From: Podarcis bocagei
Lineage: Eukaryota
DNA length: 64,000 bases
NCBI GenBank assembly: GCA_964188305.1
Contig: OZ076892.1
Direction: 5' to 3' (one strand)
The position numbers and the translations under genes were made by a program. Under the pieces are notes generated by a model. The model was given only the letters and a program-made list of their open reading frames with translations. It was not told the DNA's origin and did not search any database. This document shows positions 60,627 to 64,000 of the stretch, in pieces; position 1 is the first letter of the stretch; every line of letters begins with the position of its first letter.

Positions 60627-61426
60627 CAGTGGTACCTCGGGTTAAGTACTTAATTTGTTCCGGAGGTCCGTTCTTAACCTGAAACTGTTCTTAACCTGAA
60701 GCACCACTTTAACTAATGGGGCCTCCCCCTGCTGCTGCTCCAGAATCACAGAATCACAGAATCATAGAGTTGGAAGAGACCACAAGGGCCATCGAGTCCA
60801 ACCCCCTGCCAAGCAGGAAACACCATCAGAGCACTCCTGACACATGGTTGTCAAGCCTCTGCTTAAAGACCTCCAAAGAAGGAGACTCCACCACACTCCT
60901 TGGCAGCAAATTCCACTGTCAAACAGCTCTTACTGTCAGGAAGTTCTTCCTAATGTTTAGGTGGAATCTTCTTTCTTGTAGTTTGAATCCATTGCTCCGT
61001 GTCCGCTTCTCTGGAGCAGCAGAAAACAACCTTTCTCCCTCCTCTATGTGACATCCTTTTATATATTTGAACATGGCTATCATATCACCCCTTAACCTCC
61101 TCTTCTCCAGGCTAAACATGCCCAGCTCCCTTAGCCGTTCCTCATAAGGCATCGTTTCCAGGCCTTTGACCATTTTGGTTGCCCTCCTCTGGACCCGTTC
61201 CAGTTTGTCAGTGTCTTTCTTGAACTGTGGTGCCCAGAACTGGACACAGTACTCCAGGTGAGGTCTGACCAGAGCAGAATACAGTGGCACTATTACTTCC
61301 CTTGATCTAGATGCCACCGGAGCACAATTTCTGTTCTCATCCTGAAGCAAAGTTCTTAACCCGAGGTACTATTTCTGGGTTAGCGGAGTGTGTAACCTGA
61401 AGTGTATGTAACCCGAGGTACCACTG
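60627..61426. mobile_element. Tc1/mariner-pogo MITE split by a CR1 insertion
   Basis: TIRs and TA TSD at both ends; the halves (60627-60740 and about 61312-61426) rejoin to the family consensus. Confidence 0.88.
60741..61311 (-). mobile_element. 5'-truncated CR1 LINE (ORF2 C-terminus, 3' UTR and (ATTCTGTG)n tail)
   Basis: Peptide [19 protein letters not shown]...[16 protein letters not shown]...[13 protein letters not shown] is the CR1 ORF2 signature; the tail reads cagaatca repeats on the plus strand. Confidence 0.95.
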
Positions 61427-62595
61427 TACCTGTTTCTCTCTTGAAAAATACCCCAAACAACATCCCAATCTCTGCCAAGCAGGGTCTGTGCTCCTTTGAA
61501 GAATTGAAGACACGGCGGAGGCTGTCGTAGCTTTAAGGAAATACGATTTAGTCACCTGTTTACACCTGAATTTAGATGGAGGGAGTCCAGATCTTACAGC
61601 ATGGTCATCTCAAGACGATCTTGTTCTCCACAGCAGAGCAGCACTGGAGTCCAAGGCATCTCCAAGTTTCGGGCTGGGAAAGAACTTTTAGCAGTCAAGA
61701 GTAGATCAAATAGACTGATATTAGACAGCTTCATAGTGTTTTAAGTTTTGGAGGGTCAGTCTGGATGGTGCCCGTGGGTCCCTTCCAAACCTGTGACCCT
61801 GCGTAGATGACTGTAGAATCTATAAGAGCAAACCAGCCAGACCCTGGCCAGTTCAGTACTGCCATTTACGTTAGAAAGATGTTGATCTGTTGCCATGGAG
61901 ATAATTGGGGGGGGGGAATTCTCCCCACCTAATGGGAAGTGACATCACCGCATAAGGTGAAGAGCAATTGCCAGATGTTCCGTGTGTGATTTTTGGTTGA
62001 TGCTGGAAGATGGAGGGCAGGCCTTGCTCTGTACTGGACCCAAAGAACTGTGACTTGGTGCTTCTCTGGAAACTGAATGAGAAAGCAAAGTCGGTTGGAG
62101 GTATTAAAACTGTAAGCCCATCCCTCCAAGGCTCAGCTTCTATATATGTGCTAAGAAAACCATTCATACTAAAGACACCACAGTCTCCGCCAACCTTCAT
62201 TCCAAGAAACACCACTTGGAGATTGCGGCTTGTGCAACAATATGTCCCTATCCTGGAGTGAACTCAGGAAGAACGCTGTCTCTGTGAGCCTCTTTTTCCA
62301 TGACGCCTTTCAACCCAGAGTGTCTTCGCCGCTCCTTCTCCTTGGCCTAAAGACCCCTCTCTCTGAGGGAGCTGTAGCCGTGCTGGATTTCTTTGGCAGA
62401 AGCTTTTAACCTGATGAAACTGAAGCTGGCCGTAATGGCCTTAAAATCAGGATGCTGAGAAACTTGAAGCTCCCGGGTCAGCAGGGGCAAACTTTACCCA
62501 CCATTCATACTTAATGTGCAGGGAACTAATGACTGGTTGTAAACTGCTTGGATTCCTCCCCCCCCTTTTTTATGAACAGTGGTATCTAATTATTT

Positions 62596-62752
62596 TCATA
62601 AATAAATAATAAACACAGACCCTCCAAGTGCCCCTATTTTCCAGGGAAAGTCCTGGATTTACAGAAGCCGTCGTGGTTTCTGATTTGATCCTGGATAGTC
62701 CCGCTTTTCCTTAGGACGTCCCTATTTTCATCAGAGAAAGCTTGGAGGGTAT
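62596..62752. mobile_element. Short hAT (Blackjack/Tip100-like) MITE followed by an L2 tail fragment
   Basis: CAGACCCTCCAAG ... CTTGGAGGGTAT inverted ends; internal repeated ccctatttt. Confidence 0.55.
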
Positions 62753-63657
62753 AGAGTTACGCGACCCCCAAGCCAAGGAGATAAGTAACTATCCAACCTT
62801 TAGAAGACACCTGAAGGCAGCCCTGTGTAGTTTTATTATGTTTTTATATATGTCGGATGGGCAGGGTATACAGTAAATAATAATGAGAAAATAAATTTGT
62901 TTGGGGGGGTTATTGCCTTGTTCTTGTTTTTATTTCTATTATATATTTTGTGTTTTTATGTTGCGATTTTATGTTGTGAACCGCCCCAAGACCTGCGGAG
63001 ATGGGGCAGTATACAAATATGAATTATAACAATAATACTAGTATAATAGTGTTCGGAAATGAGCAGGGGCCAGATAAAATTTGGGTGAAATTCTCATGGA
63101 CTGAGTGTGTGTTTTTGTGTGTAGATACAGCATGGTTTACTTTCTAGGTGGCAAAGCAAGTGGTATTCAGAAGCATTGTGGCCTCCAACCATAGAGGCAG
63201 AACATAGCCATTGCAGAGACTGGTCATTGACTTTATCCAGTCCTCTTTTCAAGCCATCCACGTTGGCAGCCACCTCTGTGCCATAGTTTTAATATGCACT
63301 GCATGAAGAAGTCCTTTCTTTTATCTGTCCTGAAACTTCCAACAGGCTCTGCTCTGCCTCCACAACTGGAGGCAGCAATGCTCCTAAATACCAGCTGCTG
63401 GAAACCACAGGAGGAGAGAGGAGTCTTGTGTTCGAATCCTGCTTGTGGGCTTCCCACAGGCATCTGATCAGCCACTGTGAGAACAGGAGGCTGGACTAGA
63501 TGGGCCGTTGGCCTGATCCAGCAAGCTCTCCTTGCATTCTTAAAAGGTCCCCTGTGCGGTTTACCAATAAATTGATACAAACAAAACTTAACACTATGAA
63601 GTGTGGCCCCTTCAGATGTGTTTTTTTTTTGGGGGGGGGGATATATTCTGCCACCAA

Positions 63658-64000
63658 GAGATGCGGGTGGCACTGTGGGTTAAACCACAGAGCCTAGGAC
63701 TTGCCGATCAGAAGGTCGGCGGTTCGAATCCCCGCAACGGGGTGAGCTCCCGTTGCTTCTGCTCCTGCCAACCTAGCAGTTCGAAAGCACGTCAAAGTGC
63801 AAGTAGATAAATAGGTACCACTCTGGCAGGAAGGTAAACGGCGTTTTCGTGTGCTGCTCTGGTTCGCCAGAAGCGGCTTAGTCATGCTGGCCACATGACC
63901 CGGAAGCTGTACGCCGGCTCCCTCGGCCAATAAAGCGAGATGAGCGCCGCAACCCCAGAGTCGGTCATGACTGGACCTAATGGTCAGGGGTCCCTTTACC
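63658..64000 (+). mobile_element. Sauria-type SINE (tail reaches the window end)
   Basis: Same family sequence, ending ggtccctttacc. Confidence 0.9.

Noticed and set aside
33200-64000. KCNAB2 coding exons
   Set aside because: I found none of the N-terminal peptides I recall (MYPESTTGSPARL, MLSMTYSES, RNLGKSGLRVS) and no aldo-keto reductase motifs; the CDS presumably starts beyond the window, so no gene symbol was assigned.
1-64000. CRISPR array, operon or prokaryotic defence system
   Set aside because: This is eukaryotic intron-exon sequence with vertebrate TEs; there are no regularly spaced repeat-spacer units and no long ORFs.

Overview
Vertebrate genomic DNA from a squamate, most likely a lacertid lizard (inferred from the Sauria-type and Squam3-like SINEs and the CR1/L2/RTE repeat set). 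There are no prokaryotic features. The left half holds the 5' part of NPHP4 (nephrocystin-4) on the minus strand: a probable first exon in a CpG island at about 32.8 kb and six coding exons (27513-27650, 21796-21948, 12562-12734, 11792-11856, 9256-9405, 44-171). These splice in phase into 269 codons that match the human NPHP4 N-terminus as I recall it; the gene continues off the left edge. The right half has no recognisable host coding exon. It has promoter-like or first-exon-like modules on the plus strand (about 36 kb and 55 kb) that fit the 5' region of KCNAB2, the head-to-head neighbour of NPHP4 in mammals; this assignment is by synteny only. The most unusual observation is a set of hAT-type non-autonomous elements with perfect 8-bp TSDs whose copies share their ends but carry different CpG-rich, exon-1-like interiors (Pack-like 'mobile CpG islands'). 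One family carries a CRE+GC-box module. The other has TTAGGG-containing subterminal repeats and near-identical target sites. Other points of interest are a palindromic RFX X-box at the NPHP4 promoter and an exon-1 AUG that gives either a uORF or an N-terminal extension depending on acceptor choice. All calls were made by eye; no search was run.
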